Shown one piece after another: positions 27,316-37,563 of a DNA stretch of 64,000 nucleotides; within the stretch, counting starts at the first letter, position 1; each line of letters opens with the position of its first letter. Made by a program: the position numbers and the translations under genes. Source of the DNA: Candidatus Magasanikiibacteriota bacterium (GTDB taxonomy: Bacteria > Patescibacteriota > Patescibacteriia > Magasanikbacterales > UBA922); contig JBPOJQ010000008.1 in assembly GCA_052033375.1 (NCBI GenBank), forward strand, positions 1,185 through 65,184. The letters are read 5' to 3'. The notes below the pieces were generated by a model. That model did no database searches and was not told the origin of the DNA. It was given only the letters and a program-made list of their open reading frames with translations.

Positions 27316-28953
27316 ATGAAAGCATCAGAATTATTCGTCAAAGCACTAGAACATGAAGGGGTGGAATATGTGTTTGGTATTCCTGGGGAAGAGAATTTGG
27401 ATTTTTTAGAAGCACTTAGTCATTCATCGATAAAACTTATTGTTACGCGCCACGAACAGAGCGCAGGGTTTATGGCAGCTACGTACGGGAGGCTAACTGG
27501 AAAAGTGGGGGTGTGTCTTTCAACCCTTGGTCCGGGAGCCACCAATCTGGTCACCGCAGCAGCATACGCGCAATTGGGTGCAATGCCCATGCTCATGATT
27601 ACCGGACAAAAGCCGATTAAGAAAAGCAAACAGGGACATTTCCAAATTGTCGATATAGTACAGATGATGCGACCTCTCACGAAATTCACCAAGCAAATCG
27701 TACATGCGGAAAATATTCCAGCGCGTGTCCGGGAAAGCTTTAGGATCGCGGTAGAAGAGCGTCCGGGTGCGGTACATCTCGAATTACCAGAAGATATTGC
27801 TGCAGAAGAAGTCGGAAATATAGAATTATTTGAAATAAATCAGGTGAGGCGTCCGGCAGCAGAAGACAAAGCTGTCATGCGTGCGGTCAAAATGATTGAA
27901 GAATCAAAACACCCCTTGATTTTAGTTGGAGCCGGGGCAAATCGAAAATTAGTGAGTAAATCGCTTGTGCGATTTATTGAAAAAACAAATATTCCATTTT
28001 TTACCACCCAAATGGGAAAAGGAGTAATTGATGAATCGCATCCGATGTATCTTGGGTGCGCGGCACTTTCAGCAAATGATTATCTGCACTGCGTGACTGA
28101 TCGCGCTGATTTGATTATCAATGTGGGGCATGATGTTGTCGAGAAACCGCCTTTTTTTATGAACAAAGAACAGAAAGTTATTCATGTGAATTTTTGTTCA
28201 GCACATGTTGATGCAGTGTATTTTCCACAATGGGAAGTAATAGGCGACATTGGAAATGCTCTCTGGCAAATAGCTGAGCGTATCACTCCACAAAATTGGG
28301 ATACGAGTTATGCGTTCAAAGTAAAATCAGAATTGTTCCAAAAAATGGATAGTGAGATGAATGAAATCTCTTTTCCATTAAAACCTCAATCAATTGTAAA
28401 AACGGTTCGAGACGTGTTGCCACGAGATGGAATACTGTCCCTCGATAATGGAATGTATAAATTGTGGTTTGCGCGGTACTTTCCTGCATACGAAAGAAAT
28501 ACGATACTCCTCGATAATGCGCTTGCGACTATGGGGGCGGGATTACCTGGTGGAATTGCAGCAAAACTCGTGAATCCAGAAAAAAAAGTCATTGTCGTTG
28601 CAGGAGATGGGGGATTTATGATGAATTCTCAGGAATTAGAAACAGCACTTCGACTCAGACTCGATCTGGTTATCCTTATTCTGAATGATAATGGATATGG
28701 TATGATCAAGTGGAAACAAGAAAGTCAGAAGATGACTGATTTTGGATTAAGCGTTGGCAATCCTGACTTTGTAAAATATGCTGAGAGCTATGGCGCACAT
28801 GGATATCGAGTTTCTGAATCAGAATCTGTGCGTTCACTATTAGAAAAAACGATTTCCATACCAGGAGTTCATGTGATTGAAATCCCGATTGATTATAGTG
28901 AAAATTACAAAGTGTTTACGAAAGAGTTACAGGATAAAGTGTGTCCTGTGTAG
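27316..28953 (+). CDS. Acetolactate synthase large subunit-like ThDP enzyme
   Basis: FGIPGEEN, RHEQ, TLGPGATN, GDGGFMMNSQELETA..NDNGYG. Confidence 0.9.
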   Translation: MKASELFVKALEHEGVEYVFGIPGEENLDFLEALSHSSIKLIVTRHEQSAGFMAATYGRLTGKVGVCLSTLGPGATNLVTAAAYAQLGAMPMLMITGQKPIKKSKQGHFQIVDIVQMMRPLTKFTKQIVHAENIPARVRESFRIAVEERPGAVHLELPEDIAAEEVGNIELFEINQVRRPAAEDKAVMRAVKMIEESKHPLILVGAGANRKLVSKSLVRFIEKTNIPFFTTQMGKGVIDESHPMYLGCAALSANDYLHCVTDRADLIINVGHDVVEKPPFFMNKEQKVIHVNFCSAHVDAVYFPQWEVIGDIGNALWQIAERITPQNWDTSYAFKVKSELFQKMDSEMNEISFPLKPQSIVKTVRDVLPRDGILSLDNGMYKLWFARYFPAYERNTILLDNALATMGAGLPGGIAAKLVNPEKKVIVVAGDGGFMMNSQELETALRLRLDLVILILNDNGYGMIKWKQESQKMTDFGLSVGNPDFVKYAESYGAHGYRVSESESVRSLLEKTISIPGVHVIEIPIDYSENYKVFTKELQDKVCPV

Positions 28954-28959
28954 TATCCG

Positions 28960-29082
28960 TGTCATTTCGAGTGAGGAGTGCAACCGACGATTCGAGGAAT
29001 CCCTTGTGTAAAGCAAGACTGGCTTAATGCAAGGGATTCCTCGACTCCACTACGCTACTGCTTCGTTTTGCTCGGAATGACA
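28960..29082. repeat. REP/MITE-like palindromic element (GTCATT...AATGAC ends)
   Basis: tgtcatttcgag...ctcggaatgaca terminal IR, internal tcgaggaatccctt/aagggattcctcga stem. Confidence 0.7.
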
Positions 29083-29095
29083 AATACCAAATACT

Positions 29096-30460
29096 ATGCC
29101 CATAATCTCCCACAATCCAGCACTAGGTAAGGATATTCAAAAATTCGAAGAGCTGACAGATGAACAAGTGCAGAAAAAAATTGCACAGGCGCAATCTGCT
29201 TTTGGTGTATATAAAAAATTGCCGATAGAAAAAAGAAGTGAGATGTTGAAGAGAGTTGCAGCGCATCTTCGGGAAAACAAAGTAACATACGGAACACTGA
29301 TTACTGAAGAAATTGGCCGACCACTCGCTCCGTCTATTGCTGAGATTGAAAAATGTGCACTTACTTGTGAGTATTATGCAGAACATGGCCCTGAGATGCT
29401 CCAGCGCGAAATGGTTGCAACTGACGCGAAAGAAAGTTATGTGTCACTCGAGCCACTAGGAATTGTATTTGCAGTGATGCCATGGAATTTTCCATTCTGG
29501 CAAGTGCTTCGGTTTGCTGCGCCTGCACTCATTGCTGGAAATGTTGGTCTACTTAAACACGCTTCAAATGTACCTCGATGTGCCGAAGCAATTGAAAAAA
29601 TATTTATCGAATGTGGATATGGCGAAGGAATATTTCAGAATTTGTTTGTAAGCGGTGGACGCACCGAGATCATTATCCGCGACCCACGGGTCAGAGCTGT
29701 CACGCTGACGGGAAGTGAATGGGCGGGTAGAAAAGTGGCAGAAATTGCAGGAGATGAGATAAAACCTGCAGTTTTAGAGCTTGGCGGGAGCGATGCATTT
29801 ATCGTGCTTGCTAGTGCGGATATAGAACAAGCTGCAAAAATTGGTGCTGCTGCTCGGCTCCAAAATTGCGGACAGAGCTGTATTGCAGCAAAGCGATTTA
29901 TTATTGAAGAATCGGTATACGATAGATTTTTGGAATTATTTACCGCTGAATTCAAAAACTATATTCCGGATGATCCGACGAAAGAAGGTGTATTGATTGG
30001 TCCGATTGCGTCACAATCAGGATTGGAGGAGGTGGAAAAGCAAATAGTGTCATCAGTTGAAAAAGGAGCACGAGTGGTGATTGGAGGAAGTAAAATACAA
30101 AAGCCAGGGTATTTTTATATGCCTACTATTTTGACTGGAGTGAAATCAGGAATGCCTGCATATAACGAAGAAATTTTTGGGCCAGTCGCGTCGGTTATCA
30201 AAGTAAGAGATGAGGTCGAAGCAATCAGCGTTGCAAATGATTCGCCCTTTGGGTTGGGGAGTTCTTTGTGGTCAAATGATCGAGAACAGGTCGAGCGATT
30301 GATACCGCAAATCGAAGCTGGATGCGTATTTGTAAATTCAATGGTAAAATCAGACCCACGACTTCCGTTCGGTGGAATAAAAAAGTCAGGAATAGGGCGC
30401 GAACTTTCATATTTTGGACTTCGGGAGTTTGTAAATGTAAAAACTGTTTCAATTCAATAA
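29096..30460 (+). CDS. NAD(P)-dependent aldehyde dehydrogenase (succinate-semialdehyde dehydrogenase-like)
   Basis: MPWNFPFWQ, LTGSE, LELGGSD, GQSCIAAKR, EEIFGPV, FGGIKKSG. Confidence 0.92.
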   Translation: MPIISHNPALGKDIQKFEELTDEQVQKKIAQAQSAFGVYKKLPIEKRSEMLKRVAAHLRENKVTYGTLITEEIGRPLAPSIAEIEKCALTCEYYAEHGPEMLQREMVATDAKESYVSLEPLGIVFAVMPWNFPFWQVLRFAAPALIAGNVGLLKHASNVPRCAEAIEKIFIECGYGEGIFQNLFVSGGRTEIIIRDPRVRAVTLTGSEWAGRKVAEIAGDEIKPAVLELGGSDAFIVLASADIEQAAKIGAAARLQNCGQSCIAAKRFIIEESVYDRFLELFTAEFKNYIPDDPTKEGVLIGPIASQSGLEEVEKQIVSSVEKGARVVIGGSKIQKPGYFYMPTILTGVKSGMPAYNEEIFGPVASVIKVRDEVEAISVANDSPFGLGSSLWSNDREQVERLIPQIEAGCVFVNSMVKSDPRLPFGGIKKSGIGRELSYFGLREFVNVKTVSIQ

Positions 30461-30470
30461 AAAGTTGTAT

Positions 30471-30561
30471 AATAGAACACGGATTGGACAAATCGTACGG
30501 AATAAAGACAGAATAAATTCTGCACTAATTCTGTGAGATTCTGTCTGATCCGTGTTCTATT
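30471..30561. repeat. Intergenic inverted repeat with short internal repeats
   Basis: aatagaacacggat / atccgtgttctatt 14-bp IR; tgatccgtgttctatt recurs at 62761-62776. Confidence 0.65.
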
Positions 30562-30568
30562 TTAAGAT

Positions 30569-32452
30569 ATGCAAACTGATTACAAACAACTCGCACAAAT
30601 ATGTGCCAAATCCTGCCGCAAGTCTATTCTCGAAATGACTGCACATGCGGGCAGTGGGCATCCGGGTGGATCACTGTCGTCAATTGATTATCTATCAGCG
30701 CTCTATACATCTATAATCTCACACACAGGTGAGCCGGTGTTTATTTCAAATGGCCATATCTCACCGGCTGTATATTCAGTGTTGGCTGAAATGGGGTGGG
30801 TATCAAAAAAAGAAGCAATCGAAGGATTTAGAAAATATGGCTCCAAGTTCGAAGGACATGTGACTCGTCATGTACCTGGTGTGTGGTATGGCACGGGACC
30901 GCTTGGTATTGGTCTCAGTGTTGCATGTGGTACTGCATTGGGTTATAAAATAAAAAAAGATACGCGTCGTGTATTTGCACTTATTGGTGATGGAGAAGGG
31001 AATGAAGGGCAAATATATGAAGCCATGAATGTTGCACACAAATACAAATTGGATAATTTGATTGTTGCAATGGATTACAATCGAGTACAGCTCTCTGACT
31101 CGACTGAGTCTATTATGCCATACAATCCGGTTGAGTTCTTCAAAGCGGCAGGATGGAATGTGCTCGAAATTGACGGACATGCGTATGATGATATTTTTGA
31201 AGCCCTTGAAATAGCACAAAATCAAAATGGATATCCCACCTTTATTTGTGCAAGTACAATTATGGGTAAGGGTGTAGATTTTATGGAAAGCGAAGGAATA
31301 AAGCATAAAGCTACGTGGCACGGTAAAGCTCCGAGTAATGAACAAATTGTTGATGCAGTTACGAAACTAACGCTGAGTAGCGAAGAGGAAAAAATACTTA
31401 AAAAATTTAGAAAAGAGATTAGGGTAACGCCTAAAATTTTTGAATCAGTGAAGCTCGGTGACGTACTCAATGTGAGAGCAGGAAAAGCAAAATTATATAC
31501 GACTGATACACTCACTGATTGTAGAAGTGCATATGGGGCAGCTCTAGTTGATTTGGCAAAAGCAAATAAGAATATCGTAGCGCTCACTGCAGATCTCGGA
31601 GGATCGGTAAAAACTGATGGAATACACCACGCATTTCCCAACCGTCATATCGAATGTGGTGTAGCTGAACAGTTCATGGTTTCTGCGTCAGCCGGGCTTG
31701 AGATTGCTGGATTTGTACCATTTTGTTCCACATTCGGTGTATTTATGACGAGCCGTGCAAAAGATCAGGCTCGGGTAAATGATATCAATGAGGCCAATGT
31801 GAAGATGGTCGCGACTCATTGCGGTCTCTCTGTCGGAGAAGATGGTCCGACACATCAGGCAATCGATGATTCGGCATCAGTTGTCGGCTTTTTCAATACG
31901 ATGCAATTGGAACCCGCAGATCCGAATCATTGTGACAGACTCGTCCGATTTGCCGCGACACATCAGGGCAATGTGTATCTACGTATGGGGAGACATAAAA
32001 TCCCCGTGCTCACGACTGGATCGGGAAAGCCATTTTTTGATGAAAAATATGTGTATACCTATGGAAAGACTGATATTCTCCGTAAAGGTGAATCAATTAC
32101 AGTTATCGCAATGGGTGGGGTAGTAAGTGAAGCGCTGCATGCGTGGGAATTGCTCAAATCCCAAGGAATTTCAGTTGAAATTATGATTGCTAGCTCGATC
32201 AAAGCATATGATGAGACTGTTTTTGACTCAATCAAAAAAACAGGCAAGGTGCTAACAGTTGAGGATCATAATCCGTATTCAGGATTAGGCGGAATGCTGG
32301 CTCGAGAATGCGCTATGCGTGGGGTAACACATCATATGTTTGAAATGCTCGGAGTCACTACTTACCAACTTTCAGGAACCGCGGAAGAATTGTATCGTGC
32401 GGCAGGTATTGATTCATCTGCTATTGTTGCAAAAGTAAGAAGTATGATATAA
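30569..32452 (+). CDS. tkt: Transketolase (single-chain)
   Basis: GSGHPGGSLS, SNGH, GDGEGNEG, GVAEQ, GEDGPTHQ. Confidence 0.92.
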   Translation: MQTDYKQLAQICAKSCRKSILEMTAHAGSGHPGGSLSSIDYLSALYTSIISHTGEPVFISNGHISPAVYSVLAEMGWVSKKEAIEGFRKYGSKFEGHVTRHVPGVWYGTGPLGIGLSVACGTALGYKIKKDTRRVFALIGDGEGNEGQIYEAMNVAHKYKLDNLIVAMDYNRVQLSDSTESIMPYNPVEFFKAAGWNVLEIDGHAYDDIFEALEIAQNQNGYPTFICASTIMGKGVDFMESEGIKHKATWHGKAPSNEQIVDAVTKLTLSSEEEKILKKFRKEIRVTPKIFESVKLGDVLNVRAGKAKLYTTDTLTDCRSAYGAALVDLAKANKNIVALTADLGGSVKTDGIHHAFPNRHIECGVAEQFMVSASAGLEIAGFVPFCSTFGVFMTSRAKDQARVNDINEANVKMVATHCGLSVGEDGPTHQAIDDSASVVGFFNTMQLEPADPNHCDRLVRFAATHQGNVYLRMGRHKIPVLTTGSGKPFFDEKYVYTYGKTDILRKGESITVIAMGGVVSEALHAWELLKSQGISVEIMIASSIKAYDETVFDSIKKTGKVLTVEDHNPYSGLGGMLARECAMRGVTHHMFEMLGVTTYQLSGTAEELYRAAGIDSSAIVAKVRSMI

Positions 32453-32483
32453 TTATGCGTAATGTAATCATTGTGTCGCGTAT

Positions 32484-33041
32484 ATACCTACACTAACAAT
32501 TACAATTCCAACAATAAATGAATGGAAAGAGCTTCGAGCGCTTCGCCTTGAAGCTCTCAAAAAAGAACCTCATGCATTTAAAAAAAGTTATGCAGATGAA
32601 GTGACTGTGAATAGTAGACAATGGCAAGAGAGAATTAATCAATCATGTGAACCTCATTCACATGATTTTTTTATTGTGGCGAAAATAGACAATAATAGTA
32701 TCGGTATTGTAGGTGCTGAAAAAAAATCAGACACTATCTGGACTCTAAAGGAGGTATACGTACGGGATAAGTATCGTGGACAAGGTATTGGTCGGCGACT
32801 ACTCGAAGCAATTATCTGGAAACTCGATCATCAATACAGTGCTCAGATAATCGAACTCAGAGTAAATACGAGACAGGAGGCAGCGATTAATTTATATAAA
32901 AAATGTGGTTTTAGTATTGTTTCTACGATTGAAAATCAGGAGTCAGGCGATGGTAATCGATATACCAAATTTAACATGTGTCGGAAACGTAGTAGGGTAC
33001 ACGTACAATCTCTCGAGCAGAAAGCTTTTTTGACAAAATAA
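32484..33041 (+). CDS. GNAT family N-acetyltransferase (apparent ATA start)
   Basis: Frame open from 32463 with EWKELRALRLEALKKEPHAF upstream of GTG 32601; YRGQGIG, AAINLYKKCGF. Confidence 0.7.
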   Translation: MPTLTITIPTINEWKELRALRLEALKKEPHAFKKSYADEVTVNSRQWQERINQSCEPHSHDFFIVAKIDNNSIGIVGAEKKSDTIWTLKEVYVRDKYRGQGIGRRLLEAIIWKLDHQYSAQIIELRVNTRQEAAINLYKKCGFSIVSTIENQESGDGNRYTKFNMCRKRSRVHVQSLEQKAFLTK

Positions 33042-33094
33042 TGAGACTAGGGTTTTATATCCCAGGGTTCTCAACACCGTGGAAGGAGCACAAG

Positions 33095-33340
33095 ATGGAA
33101 CCGAGATTCGAAGAAGATCGTGGAGTTCTCATCGTCGGCGGACAGAGGTACGTTCTCACGACGAAGACGGATAAGAAGGTCCAACGCCTCCTCAAGAGGC
33201 TCGCTCGGCGTGGTGACATCACCCCGGAAGACGAGAAGAGGCTGAGGAGGGAGATGAGACTGCGCTTCAAGCAGATGGTCGAGGAAGCGAGGGTGGCCTT
33301 CTACGCCGAAGCGCGCAAGCGGGGTAGTCTGGCCCCGTAG
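33095..33340 (+). CDS. GC-rich basic orphan protein (81 aa)
   Basis: AAGGAG SD, TTGACA at 33030, downstream hairpin gcgggtagca...tgctatccgc. Confidence 0.6.
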   Translation: MEPRFEEDRGVLIVGGQRYVLTTKTDKKVQRLLKRLARRGDITPEDEKRLRREMRLRFKQMVEEARVAFYAEARKRGSLAP

Positions 33341-33441
33341 CGTCGGGTCGACTTCTTCATTTCCGTCAAAGCCTACAAAGGTTCTCGTTGCGGGTAGCAT
33401 GGCAATCGAAAATATTGCTGTGCTATCCGCCCCTTGCTTTT

Positions 33442-34674
33442 TTATATAGTGTGGGTATGTAGAGGGGAATTATTTTTTTTAATCGCTGGTTTTTTTGTGC
33501 TGTAATATCGAGTAGCAATAAATGTTGTAATCGGCACTGCAATAATAAGTGTGATACTACCAATCAGCATACGAATGACTTCTTCCATAATAATTTCACT
33601 ATTCAAGGTGACCCATGCAGGGCGCTCATAAATTTTGAATAATAGAATCAATGGGAGTGATGCCCCAGTGTATGCGAGGACCAGGGTATTCACTAGTGAT
33701 AAGATATGTTCGCGCCCGACGAGTGATGCACGATGATATAGCTCTCGTCCGCTCAATTCTGGATTAGCATGATAAATCTGTTCTACCACTGCAGTCTGTG
33801 CTGTCGTGATATCATCGAGAATACCGAGTACACCGATGATAATACCACCAAGCAAGAGACCACGTAGATTGATGATCGCGCCGGGTGCAAATTGGAGATA
33901 GAATGCTTCCTCGCTCCCCATTCCAAAAAGATGAGTAAATGTAACAAAAAAATACGAAATACCCAGTGCAATAGAGATAGAGAGAAGTGTGCCGAGAAGT
34001 GCGAGCGATGTACGTGCCTGAAATCCGTGTGCGATGTAGAGTGAAGTTGCGGCAATGATGCTCGTACCGATAAGACTTATTAGGAGCGGGTTTCCTCCCT
34101 GTATGATGTGTGGCACAATATACCATCCGATGACAAAAAAACTGATCAATAATCCTACAAATGCTCTAAAGCCGTGAAATTTCGTGAGTAGAAGAGTCAC
34201 TAGTAGAAAAATACCGAATACAATCCAGAGTGCATCGAGACGGTACATGTCGCTGATATAATATTGTGCTTCTCCTGCAATCGTACTTTTTCCAATGATG
34301 ATGAGATCGCCTACATCCAATTGCCAGCCACCGGTATTTTTTCTGAGGATTTCATTGGCTACGATTACTTTCTTTCCATCTTCTGGACCCGAAATAATTT
34401 CAGCCTCGAGTTCTTGGGTGAGAATATACTCACCGTCTGTGTACCCAGGCTGTTCTGTCTCAGTGACAACTCGAATAATTTTTCCGCGGTAGAATTCATC
34501 AGTCACCTCGACAGGTCCCTCGAGTGCAGACTCATCAGATTCAGGGAATGAAAAAGAAGTGTCAGTCTCGATTGATTCCCCGACAGAACCAGAAAGTGGT
34601 GTTTGCGCAAAAGCGAATTGCGGAATGGAGGAAAAAAATATAATGAGAAGCAATATACTGATACGTCGATACAT
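33442..34674 (-). CDS. YibE/F family membrane protein
   Basis: GLLLGGIIIGVLGILDDIT, HILSLVNTLVLAYTGASLPL. Confidence 0.9.
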   Translation of the reverse strand: MYRRISILLLIIFFSSIPQFAFAQTPLSGSVGESIETDTSFSFPESDESALEGPVEVTDEFYRGKIIRVVTETEQPGYTDGEYILTQELEAEIISGPEDGKKVIVANEILRKNTGGWQLDVGDLIIIGKSTIAGEAQYYISDMYRLDALWIVFGIFLLVTLLLTKFHGFRAFVGLLISFFVIGWYIVPHIIQGGNPLLISLIGTSIIAATSLYIAHGFQARTSLALLGTLLSISIALGISYFFVTFTHLFGMGSEEAFYLQFAPGAIINLRGLLLGGIIIGVLGILDDITTAQTAVVEQIYHANPELSGRELYHRASLVGREHILSLVNTLVLAYTGASLPLILLFKIYERPAWVTLNSEIIMEEVIRMLIGSITLIIAVPITTFIATRYYSTKKPAIKKNNSPLHTHTI

Positions 34675-34814
34675 ATGGGGTATGGGATTAAAACTCTAGA
34701 GTAGTATAGACCATATAGTAGAGAAAAGAAAATATAGGGGGATGTGTGGTGATTTTGTGTTTTCATAGTGTATAGGCTATACTATTTCTACTATTCTTAA
34801 AACCGTGTCGAACT

Positions 34815-35396
34815 ATGAAAAAAGTATTAATCGGGGTGGGGGTACTGGTAGTATTATTTGGACTGTTTATCTGGTGGGGAACCACGCTCGAAGATACGCC
34901 ACAGTCGACAACTACTGAGCAAAAAGCACCGGAAGTAACTCAAAAAAGTATACAGAATTTTACGTCGGATAAAGGAAATTTTTCTATTTATTTCGAAGGA
35001 TCTCCAGAATACACACTCGAACCGCTCACATTGGAAAGTGGCGAATCTTTTCCAGCGCATCTGTATCAATATCAGGATGCTGATGGTAGCGTCTGGCAAG
35101 TATTTTTCACTGAATATCCAGAAAAAGCAGTATTGGCTTCAAATGATGTAGATTCATTGCTAAACACAATCAAAGGTACCGAAGGGTCGATTGGTGGAAA
35201 ATTGATATCGACAAATGTCACTTCGTATCAGGGATATACTGCAATTGATTACGAAATGTATGTCGAAGCAGACAAATATTATTTCAAAGGAAGAAATGTG
35301 CTCAATGGACGAAAACTCTATTCAGTGGCGTATATTCATGGAGAGGGAAAGACAGGAGATTATCAAAAATTCTTTGATTCATTGTTGATTAAATAA
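34815..35396 (+). CDS. TM-anchored PsbP-like beta domain protein, paralog 1
   Basis: FTSDKGNFSIYF..P...LYSVAY...KFFDSL; tandem paralog follows. Confidence 0.75.
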   Translation: MKKVLIGVGVLVVLFGLFIWWGTTLEDTPQSTTTEQKAPEVTQKSIQNFTSDKGNFSIYFEGSPEYTLEPLTLESGESFPAHLYQYQDADGSVWQVFFTEYPEKAVLASNDVDSLLNTIKGTEGSIGGKLISTNVTSYQGYTAIDYEMYVEADKYYFKGRNVLNGRKLYSVAYIHGEGKTGDYQKFFDSLLIK

Positions 35397-35433
35397 CTAT
35401 ATTAATTTGTTTACTTATTAGTATTGGAATACT

Positions 35434-36009
35434 ATGAAAAAAGTATTAATCGGGGTGGGGGTAGTGCTCGTGTTATTTGTATTATTTATCTGGTGGGGGA
35501 GTACTATTGAGGATACGCCGGAATCGAACAATTCTGGGACGATGGATACAGCGCCCGTCACTACTCAGGACTTCACTTCGGATAAAGGAAATTTCTCAGT
35601 ATATTTCGGAGGAGCTCCTGAATACACCCCAGGTACACTCTCACTGAAGAATGGGGATTCATTTGCGACACATCTCTATCAGCACCGCGCAGAGGATGGT
35701 AGTGTCTGGCAAGTATTTTTTACTGAATATCCGAAGAGTGCTGATCTATCCAATGAGGAAAACTTTTTGTTGAATAGTATCAAAGGAACCGAAAGTTCAA
35801 TCAATGGAAAAATTGTATCGAGTAATAGTACAAAATATCAGGGATTGCCTGCCATTGACTATCTGATCTATCTCGAGAATGAAAAATATTATTTCAAGGG
35901 TAGAAATATTCTCGATGGACGAAAACTTTATTCAGTCGTATATATCTACGATGATGGAAAAGAAGTTTCTTCTGAAAAGTTTTTCAGCTCATTCAAGATA
36001 CTCAAGTAG
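35434..36009 (+). CDS. TM-anchored PsbP-like beta domain protein, paralog 2
   Basis: Same start actatgaaaaaagtattaatcggggtgggggta as 34815; collinear similarity. Confidence 0.75.
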   Translation: MKKVLIGVGVVLVLFVLFIWWGSTIEDTPESNNSGTMDTAPVTTQDFTSDKGNFSVYFGGAPEYTPGTLSLKNGDSFATHLYQHRAEDGSVWQVFFTEYPKSADLSNEENFLLNSIKGTESSINGKIVSSNSTKYQGLPAIDYLIYLENEKYYFKGRNILDGRKLYSVVYIYDDGKEVSSEKFFSSFKILK

Positions 36010-36020
36010 CTTTCATTGAA

Positions 36021-36058
36021 ACAAAAAAATCCCTGCCGGAAGAGCGGGGATTTTTTGT
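36021..36058. terminator. Bidirectional terminator
   Basis: acaaaaaaatccctgc...gcggggattttttgt between convergent genes. Confidence 0.7.
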
Positions 36059-36123
36059 ATCAGATAATCGTCGATTGATGTTGCGTATTCGGAATCTGTA
36101 TCTGGTGCACTAGTCTGAATAGT

Positions 36124-37302
36124 TTAGGCGTAGGCGCTCGTACCAGTCGGGATACGATATTCTGTGGAGGCGCTCAGGTGCTCCTGGGAAGCACAGCGCT
36201 GCATCGCGTATTCTCCAAGGAGTTTTCCGACATCGACACCACTCTGTGCACAATAGACTCCGATAGGACCGACGTTCACCTCACACACGACAGTCCTCCC
36301 TTCTGCGTACAAGAGATCGACACCAGTGCATGTCGCACCGACTGCTTGTGTGGCTGCAATTGCCATGTCTTCTTGCTCTTTCGAAAGGGAAATACGAGTC
36401 GCGATACCACCGTGAGAAATATTGGGGGTCACTGCGCGTGTATTGGATTTTTTTACAGCCTCGACCACACGATTGCCGATCACCGTACAGCGCAGACAAT
36501 AGAATTCATCAGTACCATCACCAAAAAAAGGTTCGAGCATGAGTGGACGATACGTGAAATTCTGTTCCAGCTTGTGTGGGATGTGAAGTGTGCTTGCAAT
36601 GATTGAAAAACTCATGAGCAGTGTACCTGCCAGAGGGAATATTTGTAGAATGAGGGAGACGAGAGAGATGGCAAAAAGTCCGAGATATATATAAGATTGT
36701 ATTCCGAGTGTGCTTGAAATGGCGAGTCCCTGTGTAGTATCTCGTACCCGCATTTTTTTCCATGCGCCATCGAGATATTCGAAAAAATCAGTATCAGTTC
36801 GTTGTATCAATTTTACACCCCATCCAGATTTGGAATCATGTAATTTTCCCACATACATTTTTTCTCGCTCCATTTTCTGCCAGAGTTCTGAGCGAGTATG
36901 GATGGGAGTATCTGGAAGGACGGGGATATTGCGTGTGCGCAGGATTCGCTTGGTCTCGAATTTATCATCAGCCACATGTACTGCTTTGGTATTGAGAAAT
37001 GGGACACATGCTTCGAGATAATCCAGTCCGCGTTCTAGTTTTTTTCGTTCGGGGATAATTCTGCTGTCATGATAGATGACGAATGCAATATTGTGTGCTG
37101 TCACAAATGCACGCGCCTCCTCAATTGAAGCAAAGGAACAATCAGATGGTTTAATTTTTAGTAAGTGATAGTGTGTGCTTTTTTTGATCGAGCGGTAGAG
37201 TCCTCGGACAAAAATAGTGATTCCCGTATCAAATATATACAACCAGGTGGGGACATATACAGCGATAGTTTGCTTTTGTACCCCAGTACCATTCTGCGAC
37301 AT
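36124..37302 (-). CDS. RimK-like ATP-grasp ligase with an inserted TM hairpin
   Basis: ADDKFET..L..IP, K..SKSGWGV, LRCTVIG..V, NISHGG, GVDLL..VCEVN. Confidence 0.75.
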   Translation of the reverse strand: MSQNGTGVQKQTIAVYVPTWLYIFDTGITIFVRGLYRSIKKSTHYHLLKIKPSDCSFASIEEARAFVTAHNIAFVIYHDSRIIPERKKLERGLDYLEACVPFLNTKAVHVADDKFETKRILRTRNIPVLPDTPIHTRSELWQKMEREKMYVGKLHDSKSGWGVKLIQRTDTDFFEYLDGAWKKMRVRDTTQGLAISSTLGIQSYIYLGLFAISLVSLILQIFPLAGTLLMSFSIIASTLHIPHKLEQNFTYRPLMLEPFFGDGTDEFYCLRCTVIGNRVVEAVKKSNTRAVTPNISHGGIATRISLSKEQEDMAIAATQAVGATCTGVDLLYAEGRTVVCEVNVGPIGVYCAQSGVDVGKLLGEYAMQRCASQEHLSASTEYRIPTGTSAYA

Positions 37303-37563
37303 ACGAGTAGTGTATTGGCATCTAATATAAGAATAAAAGGCGATAGCCCTATAGCTATAGTATATCAATTCTCGGTTTTTCTATACAAATATGCATGGGG
37401 ATTTTTCTGTGCGTAATGTGCCATATGTTATGGTACTTCCCAAGACGTCTGCATCATGAATTTGACTATTCTGTCACCACATATTAGTATGTGGTATTCG
37501 ATATGGCTCTTTCTGTAATGTACGTGAGAGAAAAAAGAGAAACACCCAAAGGAGAACATCATC

